A DNA stretch of 64,000 bases from Octopus sinensis (Eukaryota), in NCBI RefSeq assembly GCF_006345805.1, contig NC_042997.1:82212001-82276000 (forward strand). Reading direction: 5' to 3'. Of this stretch, positions 11,300-23,964 are shown one piece after another. Positions within the stretch are counted from its first letter, which is position 1. Each line of letters opens with the position of its first letter. The position numbers and the translations under genes were made by a program. The notes beneath the pieces were generated by a model. The model did no database searches and was not told the origin of the DNA. It was given only the letters and a program-made list of their open reading frames with translations.

Positions 11300-12300
11300 G
11301 AATTAAAAACATACTCCAAAAATAAGTTTCCACTATATTGTCAGAAGACGCAATATTATATTGTTACATCGTTAATCAGATGGGCGATGGTTAGTTGTTG
11401 TATAAAAGTTTTTAAAAATGCTAATGTAAGATTTGTTTTTGTGGTATACTGTGGTGACTTTTTCATTCCATACAATCGATAGTCCAACACATTGTCCGAT
11501 GATGTAGCACACATCATACTACAATTTCGAAAATAAATTCCTTGTCAATTCATGTTACCTTCCCTTAAAATTCCATTTGAAACCTATGATTGCCAGCTAG
11601 GAAGTCTTGATATATCTTGCCAGATATAATCTTTTTAAGTTGTTAAAGACAACATCATCAAGTTAAAGAAATTTATTTCTGATAGGTCGTAGATTAGAAA
11701 ATGGAAAAGTGGAGTGTATTGATGGTTTCGATAAAATTATCATCAAAACAGGCAAATAATTCGGGGACCTGCCCAGCTAAGTGAATATTTGGGCTTCAAC
11801 GTGGCGAACGAACAAGGTTGCACAATTGATGCCTATCTTGGTGACAATGCTTACTCATTTCAATTATTTGTAAAAATTATCAGAGAAAAAGAATCGATTT
11901 AGAATAGGGATTCGACAGGTTGTAATATAAAGACGCTAGCTTGATTTGTTGTACTATGGTTTGAGATGAATTTTATAGACGAGAGACTATCTCACTGGGA
12001 GCGATAACGCTTTGAGGGAACTAACATTTCTAGTGAAGAGAAGTTTGGAGGGAAGTAAAACATCTTGAAAAAGTGGAGATATGGTTAATGTCTTTGATAT
12101 GAGTATTGAATGGCAGCAATTAACAGCGATATATGTAAACTAGTCGAGACAGCTGTGTATTATTTTTGTGGGGGCAGCTAAAAGAAGAGACGACAGAACG
12201 GTTAGGAATTTTGGGCTGGGCGATTTGGGAGAGTGAAAAGTATTTTTAGGCTGAAGTTAGTGATTGATGAGAAAAGACGAGCTGGTGCATTGTAGTAGGA
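11300..12300 (-). mobile_element. Very old non-LTR RT fossil (CR1/L2-like)
   Basis: Only fragmentary resemblance to SPLLF..DL, DD and ..VWN motifs on the minus strand; no ORF. Confidence 0.3.
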
Positions 12301-12764
12301 ATATATTTTTAGATTTTTTTCTCAGGGTAGTATCCGGTAGGACCGGATACTACAGTCTCTTTGTTGTATAGATCCGCATGTCAAGCCACTACTGCATCAC
12401 CTTTTGTTGCTTGCTTAATGTCGATGTCATACAGGAAACGGTAATGAGGAATGTAACAAATTTTATATGGGAAATATTAAAGCGCTTCAGTCAGTCGTGG
12501 AAGTCGAAACAATATTTACAATTACTCGTTAGGTACCTTGTGAACAATGTGTATAGAAACAACGTCCCTACCTACTTTTTACAATTCAATACTTCATAGA
12601 AATTATTCACCAACATTTTTGATTAATGACGTAAATGCATAAAAAAAGAAAAGGGAAAAATCTTACTACTTTCCAAGTCTGTTGCATCCGGTATGAAGAG
12701 GATAAATAGAAGTATTTTTCCCCAACACTTTACTTGTGAGAATTGCTTGAAAGTAGCAACTACG

Positions 12765-12992
12765 ATGAAGTGGCTTATCGAAGCTTGCATATTTTTACCG
12801 TTGCTCTGCAGTGGCCAACCAACTAAAGACATCGTAACTGAAGGAAAAGTCGGCGATGACATTGTCGAACGTGTTTTAGATGTCCTTACATCATATAATA
12901 TATCCTTTGATAGGAAATGTCTCCAGGATTTAGCTTTTCTCCGAAGCAATAATGGTGTTCCATATATAACTGGAAAAGGAGGTATATGGCGG
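12765..12992 (+). CDS. Exon 1 of a secreted chitin-binding protein (signal peptide and start of the N-terminal domain)
   Basis: ATG at 12765, MKWLIEACIFLPLLCSG|QPT signal-like peptide, ends ...GKGGIWR at the phase-0 donor CGG|GTAAGC. Confidence 0.85.
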
Positions 12993-13257
12993 GTAAGCGT
13001 TTTCATTTAATGCAAAGAACTCACTTAAATTAGAGATTAGCATATGATTTATTAGGCGCTTAACCGGTAAATAGGTAATACCTGGATTCTCAGGGGACTT
13101 CTTTCACCCAATGTATACTATTTTCTAATATGAACACAATGTCACACATTTGCCAGGCAGGGAGAACAGTCGATTGTATCGGCTCTTAGCTTCATTGATA
13201 CTTATCTTATTGACCCTGGAAGGAGAACGTGAGCGCAACCGATTTTGCAAAGTTATA

Positions 13258-13650
13258 TCTTTATATATAAAAGAAAGGTCGTGTGTCTGTCTACTCCGAT
13301 TTAGATTCCTAACTACTCCCACATTTTGCGATGCAGTTTAACCAAAACCGGGTATCTTATAGTCGTGATTCATATCAAGCCCTTCTGGGTATTAGTGCGC
13401 GTCTACGATGAGTCTACGATTTTAAAAATAATTTACCATCATTTTTCCCATTTTAATGCATATTTTTTTAATATAAGGGAAGTAACTCTCTAAATATGTC
13501 TACGATGAGTCAACGATTTTAAAAAAAATTTACCATAATTTTTTTTTCCATTTTTAATGCATTTTTTGCTATTTTTTTGCTATAACTCTCTAAAAATGCT
13601 TTATAGTTATTTCCCTTACAAACCCGAGCAACGCCGGGCGATACTGCTAG
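13258..13650 (+). mobile_element. Non-autonomous Helitron in intron 1
   Basis: A|TC 5' end, 3' hairpin CCCGAGCAACGCCGGG followed by CTAG|T, no TSD, internal tandem repeat. Confidence 0.85.
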
Positions 13651-13865
13651 TTAATAATATATTATAAGCTTTCAAGAAGACTAGTTCACCAAAACAGAAA
13701 GTTATCTTAACAACAAAATTCTATTCTTAATTCCTAGGTAAAAAAAAAAAACAACTATATATTCATGTCATTGTTTCCATACTTCTGCTAATCTATCGAA
13801 CTATTGTTTTTACTTTTATTTTATTTATTTTACATTTGTCAAATTGTCTATATTCTATATTCTAG

Positions 13866-14118
13866 GTTAACAGTTCTCAACTAACTGATGCACAAACTGC
13901 CTGCCAGACATCCTTGTTCAACCAATGTAGAATTAGCAAACTATTGACTGGTGAAGAAGTTTCTTCATTTGATATAGCTGATCTTGATAAACCCCTTTAT
14001 TCAGCTCTTGCAATGATCTTCTATGTTTTATCACTTGATAAATCTATACCTATTCAAGACTATGAAAAATATTGTAAGCTACCCATCAAACCATTGAAAT
14101 TATCTAATCAAGAACTTA
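13866..14118 (+). CDS. Exon 2 of the secreted chitin-binding protein
   Basis: Acceptor TTCTAG|GTT (phase 0), open frame VNSSQLTDAQ...DLDKPLYSALAMIFY...SNQEL, donor A|GTAAGT (phase 1). Phases match both neighbouring exons. Confidence 0.85.
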
Positions 14119-14157
14119 GTAAGTAATATATATATATTTAGAAATCATTTCATTTAT

Positions 14158-14339
14158 GTGTGTACGTGTGAGGGTGTATGTATGTATGTATGTATGTATG
14201 TATGTATGTATGTATGTATGTATGTAGTATGTATGTATGTATTTGATCTTCAAAAAAGGGTGAAAAATAGAGACTGGCTCTTAACAGAAGAGCTGTTTTT
14301 AAATCCCTACAGAAGTTGTGGATGTTGCTATTACTGTTG

Positions 14340-14371
<32 letters not shown>

Positions 14372-14421
14372 GGTGGTGGTGGTGTTGTTGTTGTTGTGTT
14401 GTTGTTGTTGTTGTTGTTGTT
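14158..14421. repeat. (TATG)n and (TGT/TGG)n microsatellites in intron 2
   Basis: Direct reading. Confidence 0.9.
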
Positions 14422-15051
14422 GAAATTAATAGAGGCCTAGCTGACAATTTTTTTTTGGGGAATAGAATCCTAAACTATAAGTTAGTGGTAGACAATTATT
14501 CGATTTACTTCCTTACTGCTCCTGATAGACATGTCCATCTCTCAGTTTCTTGGACTGTATTCTTAATGCACAAACCGATTTTGTGAGCGTAGCAGACTTA
14601 ATATTTTGTCAAATTTAACACTACCACCAAACCCTGAGAGTCTTGGCGGGTCTACGCTAGTGCTAACTTTTGGGCCTTGTCACTAGTTTGAACATACTGT
14701 CTACTCACCAGTTTTGGATGTTCTCGGTAAAAGCTCAAAGCTGTAAAAATATTCAGTTTTCAGTTAGTCTATTACTTATGGAAAAATTAGAACTTTAAGA
14801 GCCGACTTATAAACTTTCCTTGTAGAATGAACATTAATTAAATTGAAATGCTATTCAAAGTGCGCACCAAAGACTATAGAAAAAGGCAGGTTTCAGCCAA
14901 ACTATTAAATGTACATAAAAGTAGTTAGCATCAACACATTTGTCACAACGAATACACTTGAATCCAATTTTGTTTTTGTTTTTTTGTTTTTGTTTTTTTG
15001 CAATATATGTTAACTGTGTATAATATTTTCTGTGATATCTTCTTAATTCAG

Positions 15052-15821
15052 CAGATGAAACTACAGAAAGTGTCATGAATCCATGTACAACAGAAAATGT
15101 TGAAGCAGGAAGATTCTATTTCGCTCATCCAGACCCTAGAAAGTACATTAGATGCACTGAATGGGGTACATTCTCCGTGATGTTGTGTGCGCCGGGTACA
15201 ATATGGTCACAGAGTGTCACTGAATGTGTTAGAGAGAACAGCAACCCGCTAACTAACGATAACACTGAAGCAACCAAAGACTCGGAGACGTCTACCTCAT
15301 GCACCATTCTTAAAAATAACCCATGCACGAAAGAAAATACTGACGCAGGTAAATTCTATTTTGCTCACCCAGATCCTCAGAAATTCATTCAATGTACGGA
15401 ATGGAGTTCATATTACGAAATGCCATGTCCTCTGGGCACAGTTTGGTCACAGATTGCCTATACATGCATTAGAAAAAGTGGAAACAAGATGAATGAAGAT
15501 AGCACAACAGTAACGTCTCAAGGCACACAAATGATCCTACCCACACTTCTTAACAACAACCCATGCACTAAAGAAAATATTGGCGCTGGTAAATTTTATT
15601 TCAGTCACCCAGACCCAACAAAGTTCATTCAATGTACGGAATGGGGTTCATATTATGAAATGCCATGTGCGCCGGGCACAGTTTGGTCACCGATTGCCTA
15701 TACATGTATTCATAATTTCATAAAATGTAACAGTAGAAAAGAAACTACCCCAGCACCCAGCAGATCTTCCCTTCCATTCTCTTCAACACTTAAATGGGTA
15801 ACCAGAGGTGAACTTTCGTAA
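15052..15821 (+). CDS. Exon 3: three 240-bp chitin-binding (CBM14/peritrophin-A-like) repeats and stop codon
   Basis: Acceptor TTCAG|CAGATG in phase 1; NPC at 15078, 15318 and 15558; TAA ends at 15821. Spliced CDS is 228+253+770 = 1251 nt (416 aa). Confidence 0.9.
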
Positions 15822-16078
15822 ATACAAGTCATTTATCATGAGAACAGTATTATTTTTATACAATCATTCGAATCAATAATTTATTTTATTTTTGTCTTTT
15901 TCACCTGTTTTGTGCTTTTCATTCTTACTGATCGCATATATACAACTAAATTACTGTTATTACCATTGTTATGTACATAACTATTGTTAGCCATTTGAGA
16001 ACGCAATTTCTATTTGACCTAGAAAATATATAATGTAAACATACATTCCAAGCCTCTCTTAAACAGGCCTTGTACTAT

Positions 16079-16121
16079 AATAAAGAAAATCAAATAATAT
16101 ATAATTACTGTCACTAATAAA
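16079..16121 (+). promoter_or_regulatory. Candidate polyadenylation signals
   Basis: AATAAA at 16079-16084 and 16116-16121, about 260-300 nt after the stop codon. Confidence 0.45.
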
Positions 16122-16784
16122 CAACATTTTTTGCATTTAATTTCTCGTAAAGTGTTTTTCTTTTGGGATGGTCATTTTCTTTTTCTCTTGCCAAATATAA
16201 CAATATCTGTTTCAACACACGATTTCACAACAGCAATCTTGCAAAACAAATTCAGTAATGTCTTTCTTTTATAAACTTCCTACAACAGCTTCTCCTGCTT
16301 TTCTTTCGTTCTTATTTCCAATTCATTTACATTCAAATTTACTCCGTTAAAGCCGTTATTGTTCAACACTTGACACACTTAAAATCTCTTTTGCTAAAGA
16401 TATGATAATAACGGAGACAGAAAGCGGAAATATGTTTATATGCATATATTTGTAAGTGAAATGTTACATTAACGAGTTGTTTTTGAGAGATTTAAGAATC
16501 CGTGAGTGTGTAGCCATAACTTATTCTCAAATTATGTAAGTCACTCTTGTGGTTTTTAGAGTGTCCGTAACTGAAAAAGCTGGATTATTTGCTGAATGTA
16601 CTGAGGAAATCTTCATGCAAATATATGTGTGCGTATGTGTGTACGCGCCTGCGCATGTGTACATACACATATATACACACATATTTAGACATCTATATTT
16701 GTACATATGTGTGCGCATACACACACACACAAGAATAGGTATGTATAAAAAGGTATATATATATACCTTCCGATATATATATAT

Positions 16785-16834
<50 letters not shown>

Positions 16835-16869
16835 GGCTGCTTTCTCGTATATGAGCAAAGCTATTTCTA

Positions 16870-17420
16870 GAAAGAATCATTGAAATGAGTCATTGATGAT
16901 GCAATGTGAAGCCCTTATATTACTCTTCAGCCCGACCAAAGATTTGCACATTCTATTGCATGATGCACAGCTGTGCTGGCTGGCAGAGGAAACAGATACC
17001 ACAGTGTGAAGTTTTTTGACTACATGCCTTTTCAATCCTCCAACTGAAAGGCACACCTTTCCACAGGTTGCACGTGTTCTGTTGTGAACAATAGGTGTAT
17101 CATAATTTATAAGGGGTTGATTCCTGTGAGTTCTCTGATAGCTGACCAAGCCTGCATGACTCAAACATTTCCTCCCACAAATCACATACATAAAAAGTAA
17201 CACTCCCTCATTTTCTACAGATTTGTTCTTTCTAAACCTTCTCTTGATCTTTCCGTGTTTCATTCTCTGTCTTTCAAACTTCGAACAACCACTGTGCACC
17301 CTTTTCCTCCCTCTATTTCGGCCTTGTGCCTCCCACTCCCAATCAACAACTGAAACCTCTGTCTGCATCAGAGCAATTCTGAGGGAGTCCTTGAACCTCA
17401 TTTTGGGTTTTTATGTGCTG
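16870..17420 (-). mobile_element. 3' end of an RTE-like LINE ORF with decayed C2H2-like fingers
   Basis: RFKDSLR..L....DWE..AQ.R..GR..V..GC..FE..R..KRR.RK, followed by CG(R/K)xCxSxxGLxxH repeats. Confidence 0.7.
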
Positions 17421-17516
17421 GTCTTCTATCATCTTACTGCTCACCATATATATATATATATACATATATATACATACACACACACATACATACATACATA
17501 CATACATAATACATAC

Positions 17517-17614
<98 letters not shown>

Positions 17615-18122
17615 TGGCGTGCGGTGACTTCTGAGGTTGGTCATGCAATAAATACTTATTGGTTGAGCTGAAATTATTTAACTAACAGAACACATTTAGT
17701 TGCGTAATATGGCCAAGGTTTTAGACCGTTACGCTGTCAAAGACAAATCAGCTGCTTTATCAGGCCACACGCAAATTTCGAGAAAATAATTGACACTCAT
17801 TCAAATAGCCTGTTCTGATACTTACTGAACTCCGTACGTTAAAAGACTACGTCTCGCGCACACACACACGCGACATTGAACATACACGCATATACATAAA
17901 CACACACACTATGAAAGACAGCGAAAATTCAACATTGTAAAAAGCACTAAAAACACTAAACAAAAACCAAGCGTCTCTTTTCATTTGTTGGGAGTAGCAA
18001 AGATGTGGAATATCGCAACATGCAAGGAGAAAACGTAGAAATGTAAATTACACTTACTTAATGATGAAAGAAAATTTGAAAGAATATAAAAAAAAATTAT
18101 TTATACAAAATGATTTATACAT

Positions 18123-18170
<48 letters not shown>

Positions 18171-19162
18171 CTTTCAATGTGTGTGAGTGTTATATTTATG
18201 TGTGTATGTTTCAATGAGTGTGTGCGCGCATCATTGTCTTTCAATGTACTGAGTTCAGTAAGTATCAGAACTGGCTGCTCTAGTGAGTGTCAATTATTTT
18301 CCGGAAATTGGCGAGCAGCTTGATAAAAAAAAATGCCTTCTGAAAAAGTGTTGAACATGCCGTCATGCGAAGAATTTATTAACGGAAAAAAGGAAGAACC
18401 AATTAAGCCAAATTTCGCCGCTGTAGCGTGATTAAAAAGGAAAACTTTGAATGTGACAAATGAAAATTTAAACCAATTCAAAATATGCTAGAGAGGGAGG
18501 GGTATGATTTAAAAGCCACCCTCCCCTTCGATTTAATTGAAAACACAGTAAAAAAATAATTGTTTTTAAAAGTTTGAATATTAAAACCAAAAAATCAGAC
18601 AAAGCATCAAGAGAGGAGGTCGAGAAAGGCTTACAACCAATATGGTCGGGCATTACTTTTATTACTAGAGGTTGCAAATTTACAACCATAATTGTTCACC
18701 TAAAAAGTGAAGAAAGGGCGAAGGAGAATTCGGTCAAACCTTTTAAAGCACCCGAAATAGTGCTCCTACCTACTTATTTAGGTAGACGTACCTCGAAAAT
18801 CACAGTTGAGGAAATTCCACCGAAAATCGATGTGACATGGCTCTGCGCTGCTCTAATTATGGGCCTCGAGGAAAAAATAATAATTCTCGAGGCTACTAAT
18901 AGTAGAGCAGCAACATTGGAAAGGCCAGGGGCTGGAAATCACAATTCAAGCAACCCAGTAAACTCTCGAAGAGATTGCAGAGAACAACGTTAAGGATGAT
19001 GGTGGGGGTAAGAGGCCACGGTGCTTCGAATGTGGCGAAAAAGGCTACATTCGGGAAAATCGCCCCGCCCTAAAAGAAGAAGAAACAGCACCGCCAGCAA
19101 AGTCTCCAACAACACGGAAAACAAAGACGAATGGACTAACGTAACCAATAAAAAGAAGAAAC

Positions 19163-19272
19163 ACAATTCTATATTTAAGAGATGAGGAATTATGTAGAAT
19201 ATTTACATTATTTACATGTGACGGATATTTGTCCTCATCTTGTTGTTAACACAACGTTTCGGCTGATTATAT

Positions 19273-19327
<55 letters not shown>

Positions 19328-19367
19328 TAATAATAATAATAATAACAACAACAACAACAACAACAAC

Positions 19368-19429
<62 letters not shown>

Positions 19430-19590
19430 AATGATAATAATAACATCGAAAAATACCTTAGGAATGAGAACCCAGGTTCGAAATTTCCCCAAGACACCTG
19501 ATGACGGTTGGAGAGTATATCAGCCGAAACATTGTGTTAACAACAAACAAGATGAGGACAAATATCCGTCACATGTAAATAATGTAAATA
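19163..19590. mobile_element. Inverted (fold-back) insertion of the hammerhead-bearing repeat family into the LINE ORF1
   Basis: Minus arm 19163-19268, (AAT)n(AAC)n, plus arm 19441-19590. Imperfect flanking duplication AAAGAAGAAA / AAAGAAAAAA. Confidence 0.85.
19493..19538 (+). ncRNA. Minimal type I hammerhead-like motif (stem III mutated)
   Basis: GACAC-CTGATGA-C-GGTTGG AGAGTATA TCAGCC-GAAAC AT-T-GTGTT. Confidence 0.5.
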
Positions 19591-19888
19591 TAAAGAAAAA
19601 AGTCCCTAAAAGAAAAATTACCAACCCGCCCCTTCCACTTCCAGCTCCATCAGAAGAAAAACTCCCCTACTCGCAGACTCACACGACACACAAACGCCCC
19701 CCTTCAACCCAAACACGAACCAAAAAAACCTGTAAAATCTACCCCTCCCAGTCCCGAAAATTATTTCCCCTCCAAACTAGAAACGAGCTTGATAGCTGTG
19801 AATGCTAATAATCAATCATTATGGACAAATTAAAAAGAACTCCTACCGCGAACGAATATACCAAACATTACAGTATTCTTCCGGAAAA

Positions 19889-20120
19889 GGCGGCGAGCTG
19901 GCAGAATCGTTAGCACGTCGGGCGAAATGCTTACCGGTATTTCGTCTGCCGCTACGTTCTAAGTTCAAATTCCGCCGAGGTCGACTTTGCCTTTCATCCT
20001 TTCGGAGTCGATTAAATAAGTACCAATTACGCACTGGGGTCGACATAATCGACTTAATCCGTATGTCTGTCCTTGTTTGTCCTCTCTGTGTTTAGCCCCT
20101 TGTGGGTAGTAAAAAAATAA
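19889..20120 (+). mobile_element. Full-length tRNA-derived SINE with a 16-bp TSD
   Basis: AGTATTCTTCCGGAAA at 19872-19887 and 20120-20135; B-box-like AGTTCAAATTCC. Confidence 0.95.
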
Positions 20121-23100
20121 GTATTCTTCCGGAAAGGATTGTAATTTATGAAATTGACAGAGACAATTGTAATTTATTACAGTTATCACTCAAAAGACAT
20201 AGGTCCTCCCAAAATTAACTTTTGCAAGTCCATATACGAGGGCCTGGTCGAAAAAAACTCCGCAAGACACAGAAGATAGAGAGAAGGGATTATAATCCCT
20301 TCTTCGAAAGGTAAGCCACATTTCATGGTTTCACTCACAGTAGGATGTTTAAATGTTCGTGGCCTGGGGTCGGATTGGAAGCAAGGTCGCCATCTTAATG
20401 ACCTCAGGTCACATAGTCTGGATGTGTTAGTGGCCACAGAGACCAGGCTGAGTGGGTTGCGGGCCTTTTCCCCCACTCCTGAACGGCTGCCAGAAATTTA
20501 TTTCTCTATGACAACCGGGGAGGAAGGAGTGGTGTCGCGATCCTATTCAAGAAGAATCTGGTTTCCGAGACTAGAACTATCTTTATCGACCCGGAAGGCA
20601 GGTTGGTATTCCTTGACGTGAGAATCAGCGGTAAGACTTTCAGGTTGGTTGGTGTCTATGCCCCCTCCAAGGCTGGGCAATCTGATTTTTTTAGAAGCCT
20701 AGAAAATTTCCTCGACACATCCCACACTTTAGTACTGTTAGATGACTTTAACACAATCTGCGATGCACGCGTAGATTGTGTTGGCTCAAATCCAAATAGA
20801 AAAGGAAAGTTATGCCTCACCGATCTGCTCAGTCGCTTTCAGCTGGCAGATCGGTACAGGCTAGAATTTCCGAACGCTCCAGTGTAGACCTGGACGAACA
20901 GCGACGGATCTTCTAGATCTTATTTAGATAGAATTTTAGTTAGACGGAAGGACAAGGAGATAACTAGTTGTCCACAATTCCACTTTGTTAGCTACAGCGA
21001 CCACAAATTTGTGTCCTGTAAGCTGGTTTTAGATAGAATATGTAGACAAGGCCCCGGCTACTGGAAACTCAACAGGTCGCTTTTGACCTGTGAGGAGTAC
21101 AAGAACCGGATTAGTCAGTTATTGAAGAGGGCTCTCACAGGCACCATTATTAACAACAAATGGTGGAGAGCCCTCAAAAGAGCCATAAAAATTGAGTCAA
21201 TTAGATTTAGTAAGGAATTAGTTGCTAAGAAGAATAGAATAGAAAGAGACTTAGTTAAGGCCCTAAAAGAGGCATTGGAGAGAGGCAGTGTGGTCCAAGT
21301 GTTAGCATCGAGATTGGCGCTCAACCAACAACTCGAAGTTAAACACGAAGGTTGCATTGTCAGGTCTAAGGTTCGTGTAATGGGTCGATAAGAAATCAAC
21401 GCTGCGAGATGGGCCCGTGTGGTAGAAGGTCTATGATGTACAACCAAGGGCAATTGGTAAACGAAGGAGATGTGCAAGGTTTTTACGAGCATTTCGGCCA
21501 GCTTTTCGGGAGGAGCGGCGGACTGGAGAGCAGGGTGAACCCTATGGACTTCCTTGCCGGTTTGCCGCGTCTCTCGGGGCAGGAAGCGGAATACTGTGAA
21601 GGACCGATCACAGCTGCAGGAGTAGAGGACGTTTTGTCGAATTGTCGTAGGGACAGGTCGCCGGGACTGGGTGGTCTTACCTACGAATTCTATTATAGTA
21701 TACCAGACTTGTTTGGGCACCTACTGGCTTGTGTTTTTACGAACTATCCACAGAATGGGTTCATCCTGAGATCTGTGAATCGGGGAGTAGTGACGCTGCT
21801 TAGATAGGACCCAAACAAGGGGGACATTATAGATAATTTTCGGCACATCATTCTGCTTAACACAGAGCTGAAGATTTTGGCCAAGGTATTAGCAAAAGGA
21901 TTGGCTCGGATCGTGGGTGGACTAGTCGGCGAGGCACAAACCTGTGCCATCCCGGGCTGGTCCATACACGAGAATCTCCATCTTATACGCTATACCTTAG
22001 TGCGAGTTAATAGGGTTCTGACAAAAGTGGGGCGCTGGTGCATTTAGACCAGGCTAAAGCTTTCAATAGAGTCGACCATCGGTATCTGGTGACAGTTCTT
22101 GCGGCAATCGGGTTGGGCCCGATCTTTCACGGTTAGATCATAGCTTTATACAGCAACATTGACTCGATCGTTCGGGTGAACGGCTTCTTTTCGGAGCCGT
22201 TCTCTGTCAAGCGCTCAGTTCGTCAAGGATGTCCGCTCTCCCCCTTTCTGTACGTGATGGCCCTCGAGCCCTTACTGCGGAAGCTGGAGGGTTTGAGTGG
22301 TGTCCCGCGAGTTCTAGATCTTGGAAGATCAGTGACGGTATATGCGGACGACATCATCATCATCGTATCTGAAGCGAGTCACCCACAGAAGATAGGTGAA
22401 GCCATGAAAGAATACAAGGCGGTGGTAGGAACAAAAATTAACCGTGAGAAGTCGGTCGGCTTGCAGCTCGGCACCTGGAAAGGCAGTGAAAAATACTCGG
22501 GGTCTGGTTTTGGCCAGACCTACAGTTAGAGAAGAATTGGAGTGAGGTCACGGGAAGGGTGGCTCATCTAACCCAGACCTGGTCTGGGCGATGGCTATCC
22601 CTGAAAGGGAGGGCGGAGGTTGCAAATGTGTTCATCGCATCTGTAATAACCTACCGCCTAACCGTCGTGCCTTGCTCCGATTCGTGGCTATGCAAGATGG
22701 AACGATTGCTTTTCCGTTTTTGTTTTTTTTTGTGGAAGGGCAAAAAACCTCTTGTAAGGCGCTCTATCTGTTGCCAACAACCGCTAAAGGGTGGGCTTGG
22801 GATGTCATGGCTGATGCTGCGCAAGCTCGCACTGAGGCTAAGGCATCTTTGGCTTTACCTGGATGGTGAACGGGTGTGGTCTCCGTTCGTCAAGCTGTTC
22901 CTTCCTAGGCTCACTAGTTTTAGTGAACTAGAACCATGGATCAAATGTAGACCAAAGTTGGGTGCTTGGCAGGCCGAGTGTCGCAAGGCTCTCGTGCTCT
23001 TCTGCCGCACGAGCAATGCTGGTAGCGTGGCTTCTACCTCGTCATTTTATAGAGGGTTGGTAGAGGCCAAGTGTGACGACGCGCTGAGGGAAACCCTGGG

Positions 23101-23964
23101 CTTCGACGAAGGTCAACTAGCAGGCCTGTTCCAAAGGACGTTCGAGCCGGGACCTTTGGATAACTTCCAGAGGTCCCTCGCCTGTCAATGTTATCGAGGA
23201 GCCTTACCAGTTCACGAAAATGTCGCAAGGCACGGTGCCTCATGCACAGCCACCTGTCCGAGATAAAGGACACAATTTGGCAGTGTGAGAGGATTTCAGA
23301 GCTGTGCGTTTATGTCAAACGATTGATGCCTTGGCTTGGAAGAGTACAGCTGTCGTCCGAGTCTGTTATAAAGATCTTTATCACAGACCCTCATTGAGCA
23401 GAGGAGATAAGGTTTGTTTTCTCGTTGTAGTCGCTATAACGAAAGAGGCGATATGGAGGACACGGATGAAAGGATTGGTGACAAGCACTTTCATTTCTGG
23501 CCAAGGCTAGAAAAGAGGTGCCTGTCATCGGACAGGTTCGGTAAAAGATGCATGCAAGTGGTTCGCATGTTGGGAATGAATGGTCCTACACGAGTGCTAT
23601 CCATGAAAAGTTAAAACAAAAGGCTCAGTGGTGGAACGTGTCTTGCGGGGTCGGAACACTTCCCCCACTCCATTGTGTTGTTATTTTGTCTGTCCCATCA
23701 TTCGATATATATTGTCATAAATTTTTAACTTAATTTTTGTGTAATAACGTCCGATACCCTGACCTCGAATTCATTTTTGTACTGTTTCCTCTTTGTTTGG
23801 CCCTTGTGGCTCGAATAAAATTAATTTCATCATCACTAATTTTATTATTTTTATTTATCTTTCATTTTTCATTTGTTTTATGTTTTTTGTCCCCACTGTG
23901 GTATTCTGTCTGTCCTTGTACTGTCTCCTCTATGTTATGGCCTAGGTTCCAAAATAAAAAATTA

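Larger units (their letters stand above)
18250..23822 (+). mobile_element. Near full-length, decayed Tx1/L1-clade LINE (ORF1 gag; ORF2 APE endonuclease-RT-Cys domain)
   Basis: ORF1 has LLPTYLGRRTSKI and a C..C...G.....P knuckle near 19020-19070. ORF2 from 20325: GCLNVRGL, LVGVYAP, GYWKLN, SVRQGCPLSP, YADD; many stops; AATAAA near 23814. The 5' boundary is approximate. Confidence 0.9.

Noticed and set aside
12693-12764. Upstream in-frame ATG extending exon 1 by 24 aa
   Set aside because: The ATG at 12765 directly precedes a signal-like peptide, so the extension is more likely 5' UTR; unresolved without transcript data.
16877-17401. Possible host C2H2 zinc-finger gene
   Set aside because: The fingers are degenerate and follow an RTE-type RT C-terminal motif; no splice structure.
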